From contig JBGAOA010000057.1 in the NCBI GenBank assembly GCA_044222065.1, positions 1 to 27,333 of the forward strand: DNA of 27,333 nt, read 5' to 3'. Every line of letters begins with the position of its first letter. The first letter of the stretch is position 1. Under the pieces are notes generated by a model. It did no database searches, was not told the DNA's origin, and saw only the letters and a program-made list of their open reading frames with translations. Shown here piece after piece: positions 1-8,403 of this stretch. The stretch is from Candidatus Eiseniibacteriota bacterium (lineage in GTDB: Bacteria > Eisenbacteria > RBG-16-71-46). A program made the position numbers and the translations under genes.

Positions 1-39
1 AGCGCCGGGCCCCGCGTGCGTTTCGCGGCGTGACGAACG

Positions 40-1845
40 TCAGCTCGTCGCGCCCACCTTCGCGCTCGAGAGCCGCTTCTCCAGCTGCTCGAGCTCGTTC
101 TTGAGCGCCGGCGGCAGCTTCGCGCCGAACTTCTCGTAGTGCTTCTGGATGAGCGGCAGCTCCTTCGCCCAGCCCTCGACGTCCACGCGCAGCAGCTCGC
201 CGAGCGCCGACTCCGAGACGGACAGCCCGCTCAGGTCGAGCGCGCCCTTCGCCGGCAGCCGGCCGATCGGCGTCTCGAGCGCCTGGGCGGTTCCGGTCAC
301 GCGCTCGAAGATCCACTTCAGCACGCGGCTGTTCTCGCCGTAGCCCGGCCACAGGAACTTGCCGTCGGGCCCCTTGCGGAACCAGTTCACGTAGAACACG
401 CGCGGCAGCTTCGAGGCGTCGTGCGTCGCGCCGATCTTGAGCCAGTGCGCGAAGTAGTCGCCCATGTGGTAGCCGCAGAACGGCAGCATCGCGAACGGAT
501 CGTGACGCAGCGTTCCGACCGCGCCCGCGGCCGCGGCGGTCGTCTCGCTGCTCATGATCGAGCCGAGGAACGTGCCGTGCGTCCAGTTCAGCGCCTCGTT
601 GACGAGCGGCACGACCGTCGCGCGGCGGCCGCCGAACAGGATCGCGGAGATCGGCACGCCGGCCGGGTTCTCCCACTCGGACGAGATCACCGGGCACTGC
701 TTCGCCGGCGTCGTGAAGCGCGCGTTCGCGTGCGACGCCTTGCGGCCGCTCTGCGCCGTCCACGGGCGGCGCAGCCAGTCCGTGAGCTGGGCCGGCGGGT
801 CCGACATCTCCTCCCACCACACGTCGCCGTCGGTCGTCAAGCCGCAGTTCGTGAAGATCGAGTTCGCCTTCGCCGTGATCATGGCGTTGGGATTCGACTT
901 CATGCTCGTGCCGGGCGCGACGCCGAAGAAGCCCGCCTCGGGATTGATCGCCCACAGCCGGCCGTCCGCGCCGAACTTCATCCACGCGATGTCGTCGCCG
1001 ACGGTCTCGATCTTCCAGCCCGGGATCGTCGGATTCATCATCGCGAGGTTCGTCTTGCCGCACGCGGACGGGAACGCGGCGGCGACGTAGATCTTCTTCC
1101 CCTCGGGATTCGTCAGCCCGAGGATCAGCATGTGCTCGGCGAGCCAGCCCTCGTCGCGCGCCTGCACCGACGCGATGCGCAGCGCGTGGCACTTCTTGCC
1201 GAGGAGCGCGTTGCCGCCGTAACCCGAGCCGTACGACCAGATCTCGCGCGTCTCGGGGAAATGGCAGATGTACTTCGTCTTCGCGTTGCACGGCCACGGC
1301 GAGTCGGGGGCGTTGTCCGCGAGCGGAGCGCCGACCGAGTGCAGTCCGCGAACGAACTCGCCGTTCGTGCCGAGCACGTCCAGCACCTTCGTGCCGACGC
1401 GCGCCATGATGTGCATGTTCGCGACGACGTAGGGCGAGTCGGTGATCTCGATGCCGATCTTCGCGATCGGCGAGCCGATCGGGCCCATGCTGTAGGGAAT
1501 GACGTACATCGTCCGACCCTTCATGGCGCCGGTGAACAGCCCGGTGAGGATCTGCTTCGTCTCGGCCGGGTCCTTCCAGTTGTTCGTGGGGCCGGCGTCG
1601 TCCTGCTTGTTCGAGCAGATGAACGTGAACTCCTCGACGCGTGCGACGTCGGCGGGATCGGAGCGCACGAACACGCTGTTCGGCCGCTTCGCCGGATCGA
1701 GCCGGATCGCCGTGCCCGCGTGCACCATCAGGCGCAGCATCTCCTGGTATTCGCCTTCCGAGCCGTCGCACCAGACGACCCGTTCCGGCTGGCACATCGT
1801 CGCCACTTCCTGGACCCAGGCGTTCAGCTTTTCGTGTTTGCTCAT
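40..1845 (-). CDS. pckG: Phosphoenolpyruvate carboxykinase (GTP-dependent)
   Basis: 601-aa ORF with PEPCK-GTP motifs [28 protein letters not shown]-loop [65 protein letters not shown]. Confidence 0.97.
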   Translation of the reverse strand: MSKHEKLNAWVQEVATMCQPERVVWCDGSEGEYQEMLRLMVHAGTAIRLDPAKRPNSVFVRSDPADVARVEEFTFICSNKQDDAGPTNNWKDPAETKQILTGLFTGAMKGRTMYVIPYSMGPIGSPIAKIGIEITDSPYVVANMHIMARVGTKVLDVLGTNGEFVRGLHSVGAPLADNAPDSPWPCNAKTKYICHFPETREIWSYGSGYGGNALLGKKCHALRIASVQARDEGWLAEHMLILGLTNPEGKKIYVAAAFPSACGKTNLAMMNPTIPGWKIETVGDDIAWMKFGADGRLWAINPEAGFFGVAPGTSMKSNPNAMITAKANSIFTNCGLTTDGDVWWEEMSDPPAQLTDWLRRPWTAQSGRKASHANARFTTPAKQCPVISSEWENPAGVPISAILFGGRRATVVPLVNEALNWTHGTFLGSIMSSETTAAAAGAVGTLRHDPFAMLPFCGYHMGDYFAHWLKIGATHDASKLPRVFYVNWFRKGPDGKFLWPGYGENSRVLKWIFERVTGTAQALETPIGRLPAKGALDLSGLSVSESALGELLRVDVEGWAKELPLIQKHYEKFGAKLPPALKNELEQLEKRLSSAKVGATS

Positions 1846-1934
1846 GGCTCAGGCCTTGTTCGTTCGAGTTCGTCACGGAGCGGCGGGATTCGCCGTCCGC
1901 TGCGGGCGTAAAGCGGGTGTCGTCAACGGCGGCG

Positions 1935-1962
1935 AGTCTATCCGATCGGCCCGGAGCCGCAA
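1935..1962 (-). promoter_or_regulatory. Putative sigma70 promoter of pckG
   Basis: Minus strand TTGCGG (1962-1957), 16-nt spacer, TAGACT (1940-1935), about 90 nt upstream of the pckG ATG. Motif match only. Confidence 0.4.
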
Positions 1963-2086
1963 CCCGGCGGCGACCCGGCGGGAAATACGGAGGCCGAGAG
2001 AAGCGAAGCGACGCCGGCCCCTCGCACGTTCCGGCACGCCCGCCCACCCCGCCCCACCACCCAGCGCGGATCACCCCATCACACTT

Positions 2087-2938
2087 CTAGAATAGGCTCT
2101 TCACCCGCGCGAATTCGTCCTCGATATCCACGACCAGCGATGCCAGGTCCAGTTCCGTGAACTGCAGCCGGTCCACCGCCGCGACCTCGGCCAGCGTGCG
2201 GGGATCTCCGCGCCCGCACACGCGGTCCGCGATCGCGTCGGCCGCCTGGATCCGCAGCAGCAGCGGATCGCACGGCTCGGGCAGTGCTTCGTGATGGCGG
2301 TGCGCGGCCTCGCAGATCGGATCCGGGATGTGCCAGTTCTTGAGCACGCAGTAGCCGATGTCGGTGTGCAGGAGTTCCATGAGCTCGACGAGCACCGCGT
2401 CGGAGACCTCGGTCCCGGGCGAGGTGCGCTCGAACTCCTCGGCCGCGCGGATCACGAGCAACGCGCCGACGTCGTGGAGCAGTCCCGCGACGTACGACTC
2501 GATGCGATCGCCGCCCTTGACGAGTGCGATCTGGCGCGCCGCGATGGCACTCGTGAGCGCGGTGTCCCAGAGGTCCATGAGCAGGCCCTCGCGCGCCGGA
2601 TGCTCAGTGCGGTAGTGGGCGCGGGTCGCGAGCGTCGTCACGATCGCGCTCACCTGCTTCAAGCCCAGCCGGGCGATCGCGACCTGCACGTCACCCACCG
2701 CGCGCAGTCCGCCGAATGCCGCCGAGTTCGCGACCCGGAGCACGCTCGCCGCGACGGCCGTGTCGCTGCGGATCAGCTCGGCGACGCGCGCGGAGTCCAC
2801 GGCGTCCTCGTCGCGCAGCAGCTCGAGCAGCTGCAGCGCGGCGTCCGGGAGCGGCGGCAGCGAGAGAGTGCCTTCGGCGACGCGCTCGCAGATGCGGGCG
2901 GCGAAGCCGTCGTCGGTCGCGCGCGGAAGCGTGGTCAC
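2087..2938 (-). CDS. HDOD domain protein (stand-alone, degenerate HD fold)
   Basis: C-terminal 283 aa of ORF 2087..5008. GTG start at 2938 overlaps the TGA of the upstream ATPase gene (GTGA). Motifs LPPLP, DTAVAASVLRVANSAAFGG, AIARLG, AGLLHDVG, HTDIG, WHIP, HHE. Confidence 0.9.
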   Translation of the reverse strand: MTTLPRATDDGFAARICERVAEGTLSLPPLPDAALQLLELLRDEDAVDSARVAELIRSDTAVAASVLRVANSAAFGGLRAVGDVQVAIARLGLKQVSAIVTTLATRAHYRTEHPAREGLLMDLWDTALTSAIAARQIALVKGGDRIESYVAGLLHDVGALLVIRAAEEFERTSPGTEVSDAVLVELMELLHTDIGYCVLKNWHIPDPICEAAHRHHEALPEPCDPLLLRIQAADAIADRVCGRGDPRTLAEVAAVDRLQFTELDLASLVVDIEDEFARVKSLF

Positions 2939-4848
2939 GCGCGGCTCCGTTCGGTCGCGAGCTCCATCAGCTCGGCGGGGCGGCGCGCGCCGGGATCGCG
3001 CGGTGCGTTGAACGCCACCTCGGCCAGCGTCGTGACGCCGGCGACCGCGCGCAGGAACCCGGACTCCTGAAGCGTCGTGAACGAGCGGATGCCGCGCGCG
3101 ATCTGGCGCAGCGTGCGCGACGGCGAGCGGTTGAGGATCGCGTCGCGCAGGTCGTCGTTCGGCAGCAGCATCTCGTAGATCGCGACGCGCCCGCGGTAGC
3201 CCGTGCCGCCGCAGCGCACGCAGCCCTTGCCGCGCACGAACGGCAATCCGGTGAGCTCGTGCGCGTCGAGGCCGAGGTAGCGCAGGTCGTCGCGGCCCGG
3301 CTCCGCGGCCTCCTTGCAGTGCTCGCACACGCGCCGCAACAGGCGCTGCGCGACGAGCGCGCTGATCGTGGACGACACGAGGAACGGCTCGATCTTCATG
3401 TCGATGAGCCGCACCGCGGCGCCGACCGAGTCCTCGGTGTGCATGGTCGAGAGCACCTGGTGGCCCGTGAGCGCCGCCTCGACGGCGAGCCCTGCGGTCA
3501 CGTCGTCGCGGATCTCGCCGACGACGATCACGTCGGGGTCCTGCCGCACGATCGCGCGCAGCGAGTCGGCGAACGTCGGCCCCGTCTTCTGGTTCACCGA
3601 GCACTGCGTGACGCCCTCGATGAGGTACTCGACCGGCTCCTCGGCCGTGATCGTCTTCACGGTCGGCTCGTTCAGGTAGTCCACGAACGAGTAGAGCGTC
3701 GTCGTCTTGCCGCAGCCGGTCGGGCCCGTGACGAGCACGAGTCCGGACGAAGCGCGCAGCGCGTGATCGCGCAACGCCGCGAGCACCGGCGCCTCGAAAC
3801 CGAGTTCCTCCATCGAGACGAGCCCGCGGCGCCAGTCGAGCAGGCGCATCACGATGGACTCGCCGTACATGCCGGAGTAGGTCGAGACGCGCACGTCCAC
3901 CTCGCGTCCCGCGATGCGCGCTCCGATGCGCCCGTCCTGGTGCAGCCGGCGCTCGGCGATGTTCGCGCCCGCGAGCAGCTTGAGCCGCGACAGAACCTGC
4001 GGCGCGAATTCGAGCGGCAGGTCCGTGAGCGTGTGGAGCGCGCCGTCCACGCGGATGCGCACACGCACGCGCTTCTCCATCGGCTCGATGTGAAGGTCGC
4101 TCGCGCGCGCCTGCAGCGCGCGCACGAGCAGGCTGTTCACGATCGAGACCGCGCTCTTCACCTCTTCGGGCGCGTGCTCGTGGGCGTGGTCCTTGTATTC
4201 GACGAGCGGCGCGCGGCCGTCGCCGTCGCGGGGCCGCTCGAACTGGTGCAGCACCTCGATGATGCTGCTCGCGGTCGCGCAGCAGGGCTTCACCGGAACG
4301 CCGAAGCTGCGTTCGAGCTCGCCGAGCACGTCGGCGTCGAGCGGATCGGCGAGGATCGCGGTCAGCGCGCCGTCGTGGATCTTGAGCGGCAGCGCGCGGT
4401 GCCGCAGGAGGTACTTCACCGAGACACGCAGCAGCAGCCCCGGGTCCACGAGGCTCGCGTCCGGCTCGACGAACGGCAGGTCGTGGCGCGTGCCGAGCGC
4501 GCGCAGGTACTGCTCCTCGGTCACGAGTCCGGACTCGACGAGCAGCTCGCGCTCGGTCGCCAATGCGTCCTCGGCGCGCGCGAGCCGGTACGACTCGGCG
4601 CGCACGTCGTCGAGCGCGCCGTCCTCCGCGAGGATCGCGGCGATCGAGAGCGACGAGCGGTACTTCCGCCGCACGCGCTCGAACTCGACGCGCGCGATCT
4701 GCCCGGTCTCGACGAGCACGTCGGTCGCGTGACGCTCGTGCTTGAGCATGCGCGTGACGCGACGGGCGCGCTCGAGCTGCGCCTCGGTGACGAGGCCCTC
4801 GGCGACGAGCAGCGATTCGAACGGTGAGACGTTGGCGTGCGAGGTCAT
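2935..4848 (-). CDS. GspE/PilB (PulE) family secretion ATPase with N-terminal MshEN-like repeats
   Basis: Start taken at MTSHANVSPF (ATG 4848), 637 aa. ASDLHIEP, RIRVDG, ERRLHQDG, Walker A GPTGCGKTTT, Asp box TAEEPVE, RQDPDVIVVGEIRD (Walker B), His box GHQVLSTMH, AQRLLRRVCEHC...GKGCVRCGGTGYRGR tetracysteine motif. Confidence 0.93.
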   Translation of the reverse strand: MTSHANVSPFESLLVAEGLVTEAQLERARRVTRMLKHERHATDVLVETGQIARVEFERVRRKYRSSLSIAAILAEDGALDDVRAESYRLARAEDALATERELLVESGLVTEEQYLRALGTRHDLPFVEPDASLVDPGLLLRVSVKYLLRHRALPLKIHDGALTAILADPLDADVLGELERSFGVPVKPCCATASSIIEVLHQFERPRDGDGRAPLVEYKDHAHEHAPEEVKSAVSIVNSLLVRALQARASDLHIEPMEKRVRVRIRVDGALHTLTDLPLEFAPQVLSRLKLLAGANIAERRLHQDGRIGARIAGREVDVRVSTYSGMYGESIVMRLLDWRRGLVSMEELGFEAPVLAALRDHALRASSGLVLVTGPTGCGKTTTLYSFVDYLNEPTVKTITAEEPVEYLIEGVTQCSVNQKTGPTFADSLRAIVRQDPDVIVVGEIRDDVTAGLAVEAALTGHQVLSTMHTEDSVGAAVRLIDMKIEPFLVSSTISALVAQRLLRRVCEHCKEAAEPGRDDLRYLGLDAHELTGLPFVRGKGCVRCGGTGYRGRVAIYEMLLPNDDLRDAILNRSPSRTLRQIARGIRSFTTLQESGFLRAVAGVTTLAEVAFNAPRDPGARRPAELMELATERSRA

Positions 4849-4919
4849 GGCGTTCCAGACCGTTCCCTGGCCGGAAGTCGGGCGCCGGCGTCGAGCCGGA
4901 CGCGGTTCGGCCCCGCCAA

Positions 4920-4947
4920 GCATCGGAGGGTCGCGCACGTCCTTGAG
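4920..4947 (-). promoter_or_regulatory. Putative sigma28 (FliA) promoter of the ATPase-HDOD unit
   Basis: Minus strand C-TCAA (4946-4943), 15 nt, TCCGATGC (4927-4920). Matches sigma28 consensus TAAA-N15-GCCGATAA and two sibling sites in this window. Confidence 0.7.
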
Positions 4948-4966
4948 GAACGCGGCTGCCGGCGCG

Positions 4967-4982
4967 CCGCCCCGCGGGGCGG
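4967..4982. repeat. Perfect 16-bp palindrome CCGCCCCGCGGGGCGG between the divergent promoters
   Basis: Self-complementary. Its centre (4974/4975) is within about 1 bp of the midpoint between the two divergent CTCAAG boxes (4947 and 5004). Confidence 0.5.
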
Positions 4983-5003
4983 GCGGCCCGTTCGGAGACG
5001 GCG

Positions 5004-5031
5004 CTCAAGATCGCGATCGCTCGCCCGAAAC
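5004..5031 (+). promoter_or_regulatory. Putative sigma28 (FliA) promoter of the HDOD-sthA unit
   Basis: C-TCAA (5005-5008), 15 nt, CCCGAAAC (5024-5031). The ATG at 5042 follows 10 nt later. Confidence 0.65.
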
Positions 5032-5041
5032 TGCGTTCTGC

Positions 5042-5941
5042 ATGAGCCTCTTCCCGCCGCCATCGGGTCCGGCTTCACGGACGAACGGCGGGCTTCGCCC
5101 CGAGGGCGAAGCCTCGGCCCTCCGCGACCTGTTCCGCGCCTGGCTCGCGAGCGGACGGCTCGAACTGCCGCACCTGCCCGAGACCGTGTTCCAGGTGCTC
5201 GAGGCGAGCCGAGACGAAACGAGCGGCGTGCAGGAACTCGCCGACCTCGTGCACGACGACCCGAGCCTGTCGGCGCACGTGCTGCGCGCCGCGAACTCGG
5301 CGGCGTACGGCGGATCGGAGCCGATCGAGTCCATCCACCAGGCGATCGCCCGGCTCGGGCTCAAGACCGTGGCGCACATCGCGACGCTCGTCGTCGTGCG
5401 CGGCCGGGTGTTCCGCTTCGGGCGCCACGAGGCCGAGATCCGCGCGCTCTGGCCGCTTTCGGTCTCGAGCGCCGGCTGGGCGCGCGCGATCGCGTCCCTG
5501 CGCGGCGCGGACGTCGAGGCCGCGTTCCTGTGCGGCCTGCTCCACGAATCGGGACGCGCCGTGCTGCTGCAGGCGCTCACCGACCTCGAGCAGGAGCTGC
5601 GCTGGACGTTCGAGGACGCCGAGGCGGCTGCGGTCGCCGACTCGCTCCACCCCGAGGTCGGCGCGGCCGTCGTACGCCAGTCGAAGCTTCCCGAGTGGAT
5701 GATCGAGGCGATCGCATGGCACCACGCGCCCGATGCCGCGCCGCGCTTCCGCGCCGAGGCCCGGCTGCTCGCGCTCGCGGAGGCGCTCGCCGTGCGCTCG
5801 CTCGAGCACCAGCCCCCGCCCACCGTCGCACAGCTTCTCGAGCTTCCCGGTGCGCGCGGACTCGAGTTCCTCGACAGCGAATTCGAGGAGCTGCTCGCCT
5901 ACGACCCGCAGGTGCGCACGCTCGTGCGGGCGGCCGCGTGA
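5042..5941 (+). CDS. HDOD domain protein (stand-alone, degenerate HD fold)
   Basis: ATG 5042 (MSLFPPPS), 299 aa. LPHLP, DPSLSAHVLRAANSAAYGG, AIARLG, CGLLHESG, HPEVG, KLPEW...WHH. Its stop overlaps the GTG of the next gene (GTGA). Confidence 0.9.
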   Translation: MSLFPPPSGPASRTNGGLRPEGEASALRDLFRAWLASGRLELPHLPETVFQVLEASRDETSGVQELADLVHDDPSLSAHVLRAANSAAYGGSEPIESIHQAIARLGLKTVAHIATLVVVRGRVFRFGRHEAEIRALWPLSVSSAGWARAIASLRGADVEAAFLCGLLHESGRAVLLQALTDLEQELRWTFEDAEAAAVADSLHPEVGAAVVRQSKLPEWMIEAIAWHHAPDAAPRFRAEARLLALAEALAVRSLEHQPPPTVAQLLELPGARGLEFLDSEFEELLAYDPQVRTLVRAAA

Positions 5942-7353
5942 ACGGTCCGGCGTTCGACGTCGTCGTCATCGGCGCCGGCCCGGCGGGCCAGAAGGCCGCG
6001 ATCCAGTCGGCGAAGGCCGGCAAGCGCGCGCTCGTGATCGAACGCGGTCCGCGCGTCGGCGGCGAGTGCGTCGAACGCGGCACGATCCCGAGCAAGACGC
6101 TGCGCGAAGCCGCCGTCTACCTGAGCGGACTGCGCACGCGCACGCAGGGCGTGCTCGACGGCGTCGTCTCGCCCGAGCTCAAGCTCGAGGCGCTGATGCG
6201 GCGGCACAAGACCGTGACGGAGGCGCACCAGGAGTTCATCGCGCACCAGCTCGCGCGCAACGGCGTCGACGTGTGGTACGGGCACGCGCGCTTCGCCGCG
6301 CCGCACTCGATCGCGGTGTGGAACGACAAGGTCGGCCTGCGGATCGCGGAGGCCGAGCACGTGATCGTCGCCTCGGGGTCGCGTCCGCGCGTGCCCGAGA
6401 ACGTGCCCGTGGACCACCGGCACGTGCTCGACAGCGACTCCGTGCTCGACCTGCAGTACCTGCCGCACTCGCTCACGGTGCTCGGCGGCGGCGTGATCGC
6501 GTGCGAGTTCGCCTCGGTGTTCGCGGCGCTCGGCGTGAAGGTGACGCTCGTGGACCGCGCCGACCGGCCGCTCGGCTTCCTCGATCCCGAACTGACGTCG
6601 GTGTTCCTCGCCGAGTTCGAGCGCCACGGCGGCCGCTTCATCGGCGGCGCACGCTTCGAGCGCGTCGAGATCACGGCCGACGGCCAGGTCGAGACCGTGC
6701 TGCCCGGCGGCACCTCGATCCGCTCGGAGCGCCTGCTGTGCGCGCTCGGCCGCCTCGCGCGCGTCGACGACCTCGGGCTCGAGGCGGTCGGCGTCGCCCT
6801 GACCCCGCAGGGCCAGGTCGCGGTGGACGCCGAGTTCCGCACGAGCGTCCCGCACGTGTTCGCCGTCGGCGACGTCATCGGCCCGCCGTCGCTCGCGGCC
6901 ACCGCCATGGAGCAGGGACGGCGCGCGGCGCGCCACGCGCTCGGGCTGCCGACGCCGCCGAACGAGAGCCCGACGCCCGTGGGCATCTACACGATTCCCG
7001 AGATCGCGAGCGTGGGACTCAGCGAGGATGCCGCGCGCGAACGCGGACGCGAGGTCGTGGTCGGACGAGCGGACTTCCGCGAGATCGCGCGCGGCCACAT
7101 CAACGGCGAGGCGCGCGGCATCCTGAAGCTCGTCTGCGACGCCGCGGACGGCCGCGTGCTCGGCGCCCAGATCGTCGGCGAGGGCGCGACCGAGCTCGTG
7201 CACGTGGCCCAGGTCGCGATCGTCGGCGGGCTCACGGTCGACGTGTTCGTCGAGAACGTCTTCAACTTCCCGACGCTCGCCGAGGCGTTCCGCGTCGCGG
7301 GCCTCGCGATCGCGGGGCGCCGCGAGGCCGACACCCTGAAGCGGGCGGCCTAA
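5938..7353 (+). CDS. sthA: Soluble pyridine nucleotide transhydrogenase (Si-specific NAD(P)+ transhydrogenase)
   Basis: GTG 5938, 471 aa. FAD motif DVVVIGAGPAG; GGECVERGTIPSKTLRE has only one Cys of the disulfide-reductase CxxxxC pair, as in SthA; LGGGVIACEFAS, GDVIGPPSLAATAMEQGR, GIYTIPEIASVG, C-terminal FNFPTLAEAFRVA. Confidence 0.88.
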   Translation: MNGPAFDVVVIGAGPAGQKAAIQSAKAGKRALVIERGPRVGGECVERGTIPSKTLREAAVYLSGLRTRTQGVLDGVVSPELKLEALMRRHKTVTEAHQEFIAHQLARNGVDVWYGHARFAAPHSIAVWNDKVGLRIAEAEHVIVASGSRPRVPENVPVDHRHVLDSDSVLDLQYLPHSLTVLGGGVIACEFASVFAALGVKVTLVDRADRPLGFLDPELTSVFLAEFERHGGRFIGGARFERVEITADGQVETVLPGGTSIRSERLLCALGRLARVDDLGLEAVGVALTPQGQVAVDAEFRTSVPHVFAVGDVIGPPSLAATAMEQGRRAARHALGLPTPPNESPTPVGIYTIPEIASVGLSEDAARERGREVVVGRADFREIARGHINGEARGILKLVCDAADGRVLGAQIVGEGATELVHVAQVAIVGGLTVDVFVENVFNFPTLAEAFRVAGLAIAGRREADTLKRAA

Positions 7354-7444
7354 GCCTCCGAGCGGCGGCCCGGGGCCTCCGGAAGGCACCGGGCGGCAAG
7401 AAGTTCCGGTTCGCGCGCGGCCCGGGCGTTCCCGCGGCGCCGCC

Positions 7445-7472
7445 CTCAAGAGCCCCCCCCGGAACCCGATAC
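7445..7472 (+). promoter_or_regulatory. Putative sigma28 (FliA) promoter of motAB-HD unit
   Basis: C-TCAA (7446-7449), 15 nt, CCCGATAC (7465-7472), 57 nt upstream of the motA ATG. motAB is a classic sigma28 target. Confidence 0.78.
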
Positions 7473-7529
7473 TTCGCCCCGGCAGCTCGACTCCCGTTCG
7501 CGATTCTGGCCCCGGGACCTTCCCTTCGC

Positions 7530-8390
7530 ATGTTCGCCATCATCGGCATCGTGGTCGTCGTCGGCTCGGTCGTGGGCGGCTTCATGATGGCCGGCGGCCA
7601 GCTCGCGGCGTTGTTCCAGATCTCCGAAATCGTCGTGATCGCGGGCACGGCGCTCGGCACCGTCATCATCTCGACGGCGCCCCCGGTGCTCGGCGCGACC
7701 GGCGCGAAGCTCGGCCAGATGCTCGGCGGCTCGCCGTTCACGAAGGCGCTCTACCTCGACGCGCTCAAGCTGCTGTTCGAGCTCTACCAGACCGCGCGGC
7801 GCGACGGCCTCGTCGCGATCGAAGCGCACATCGAGTCGCCCGAGAAGAGCGCGATCTTCAAGAAGTACCCGAACGTTCTCAAGCAGCACCACGGCATCGT
7901 GTACCTGTGCGACTCGCTGCGGCTCGTGCTCGTCGGCAGCGTGCCGCCCCACGACCTCGAGGCGCTGCTCGACGGCGAGATCGACCTGCACCACACGCAG
8001 GAGAACCGCTCGGTGTCCGTGCTGCAGAAGGTCGCCGACGGCCTGCCCGGCATCGGCATCGTGGCCGCGGTGCTCGGCATCGTCATCACGATGGGCGCGA
8101 TCGCGGGCCCGGTCGAGGAGATCGGCCACCACGTCGCCGCCGCGCTCACCGGCACGTTCTTCGGCGTGCTGCTCGCGTACGGCTTCGTCGGACCGCTGGC
8201 CGGCAACATGGAGAACCTGAACGCGGCCGAGTCCGAGTTCCACCAGTTCCTCAAGGCGAGCGTCGTGGCGTTCGCGAAGGGCTTCCCGCCGCTCGTCACG
8301 GTCGAGTTCGCGCGCCGCGCGATCTTCGCCGAGAACCGGCCGTCGTTTCCCGAGATGGAAACGGCCGTGAAGTCGGTGAAGGGCAAGTAG
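7530..8390 (+). CDS. motA: Flagellar motor stator protein MotA
   Basis: ATG 7530 (MFAIIGIVVV), 286 aa. GGFMMAGG, ARRDGLVAIEAHIESP, ADGLPGIGIVAAVLGIVITMG, GHHVAAALTGTFFGVLLAYGFVGPL, VEFARR, RPSFPEME. Confidence 0.96.
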   Translation: MFAIIGIVVVVGSVVGGFMMAGGQLAALFQISEIVVIAGTALGTVIISTAPPVLGATGAKLGQMLGGSPFTKALYLDALKLLFELYQTARRDGLVAIEAHIESPEKSAIFKKYPNVLKQHHGIVYLCDSLRLVLVGSVPPHDLEALLDGEIDLHHTQENRSVSVLQKVADGLPGIGIVAAVLGIVITMGAIAGPVEEIGHHVAAALTGTFFGVLLAYGFVGPLAGNMENLNAAESEFHQFLKASVVAFAKGFPPLVTVEFARRAIFAENRPSFPEMETAVKSVKGK

Positions 8391-8403
8391 GCGGAGCGCC
8401 GCG

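Noticed and set aside
139..1911. Long plus-strand ORF (590 aa) opposite pckG, and many similar antisense or off-frame ORFs (e.g. 2716..4827, 5899..7449, 20578..23157, 22514..24322)
   Set aside because: Shadow ORFs expected in very GC-rich DNA: Arg/Ala-rich, no recognisable motifs, and overlapping well-supported genes.
2939..5008. Apparent 973-aa protein with a long N-terminal extension on the HDOD domain
   Set aside because: The extension is an off-frame reading of the ATPase gene. The real start is the GTG at 2938 overlapping the ATPase stop.
5938..7353. Dihydrolipoamide dehydrogenase or glutathione reductase call
   Set aside because: Lacks the CxxxxC redox disulfide and the C-terminal HPTxxE His (reads FPTLAE), consistent with SthA.
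7368..7394. GC-rich hairpin after sthA as an intrinsic terminator
   Set aside because: Imperfect stem and no U-tract. It may be a pause or stability element but cannot be supported as a terminator.
4837..8390. Apparent 838-aa SthA and 885-aa MotA with large N-terminal extensions
   Set aside because: The extensions are alternative frames of upstream genes. Homology begins at 5938 and 7530.
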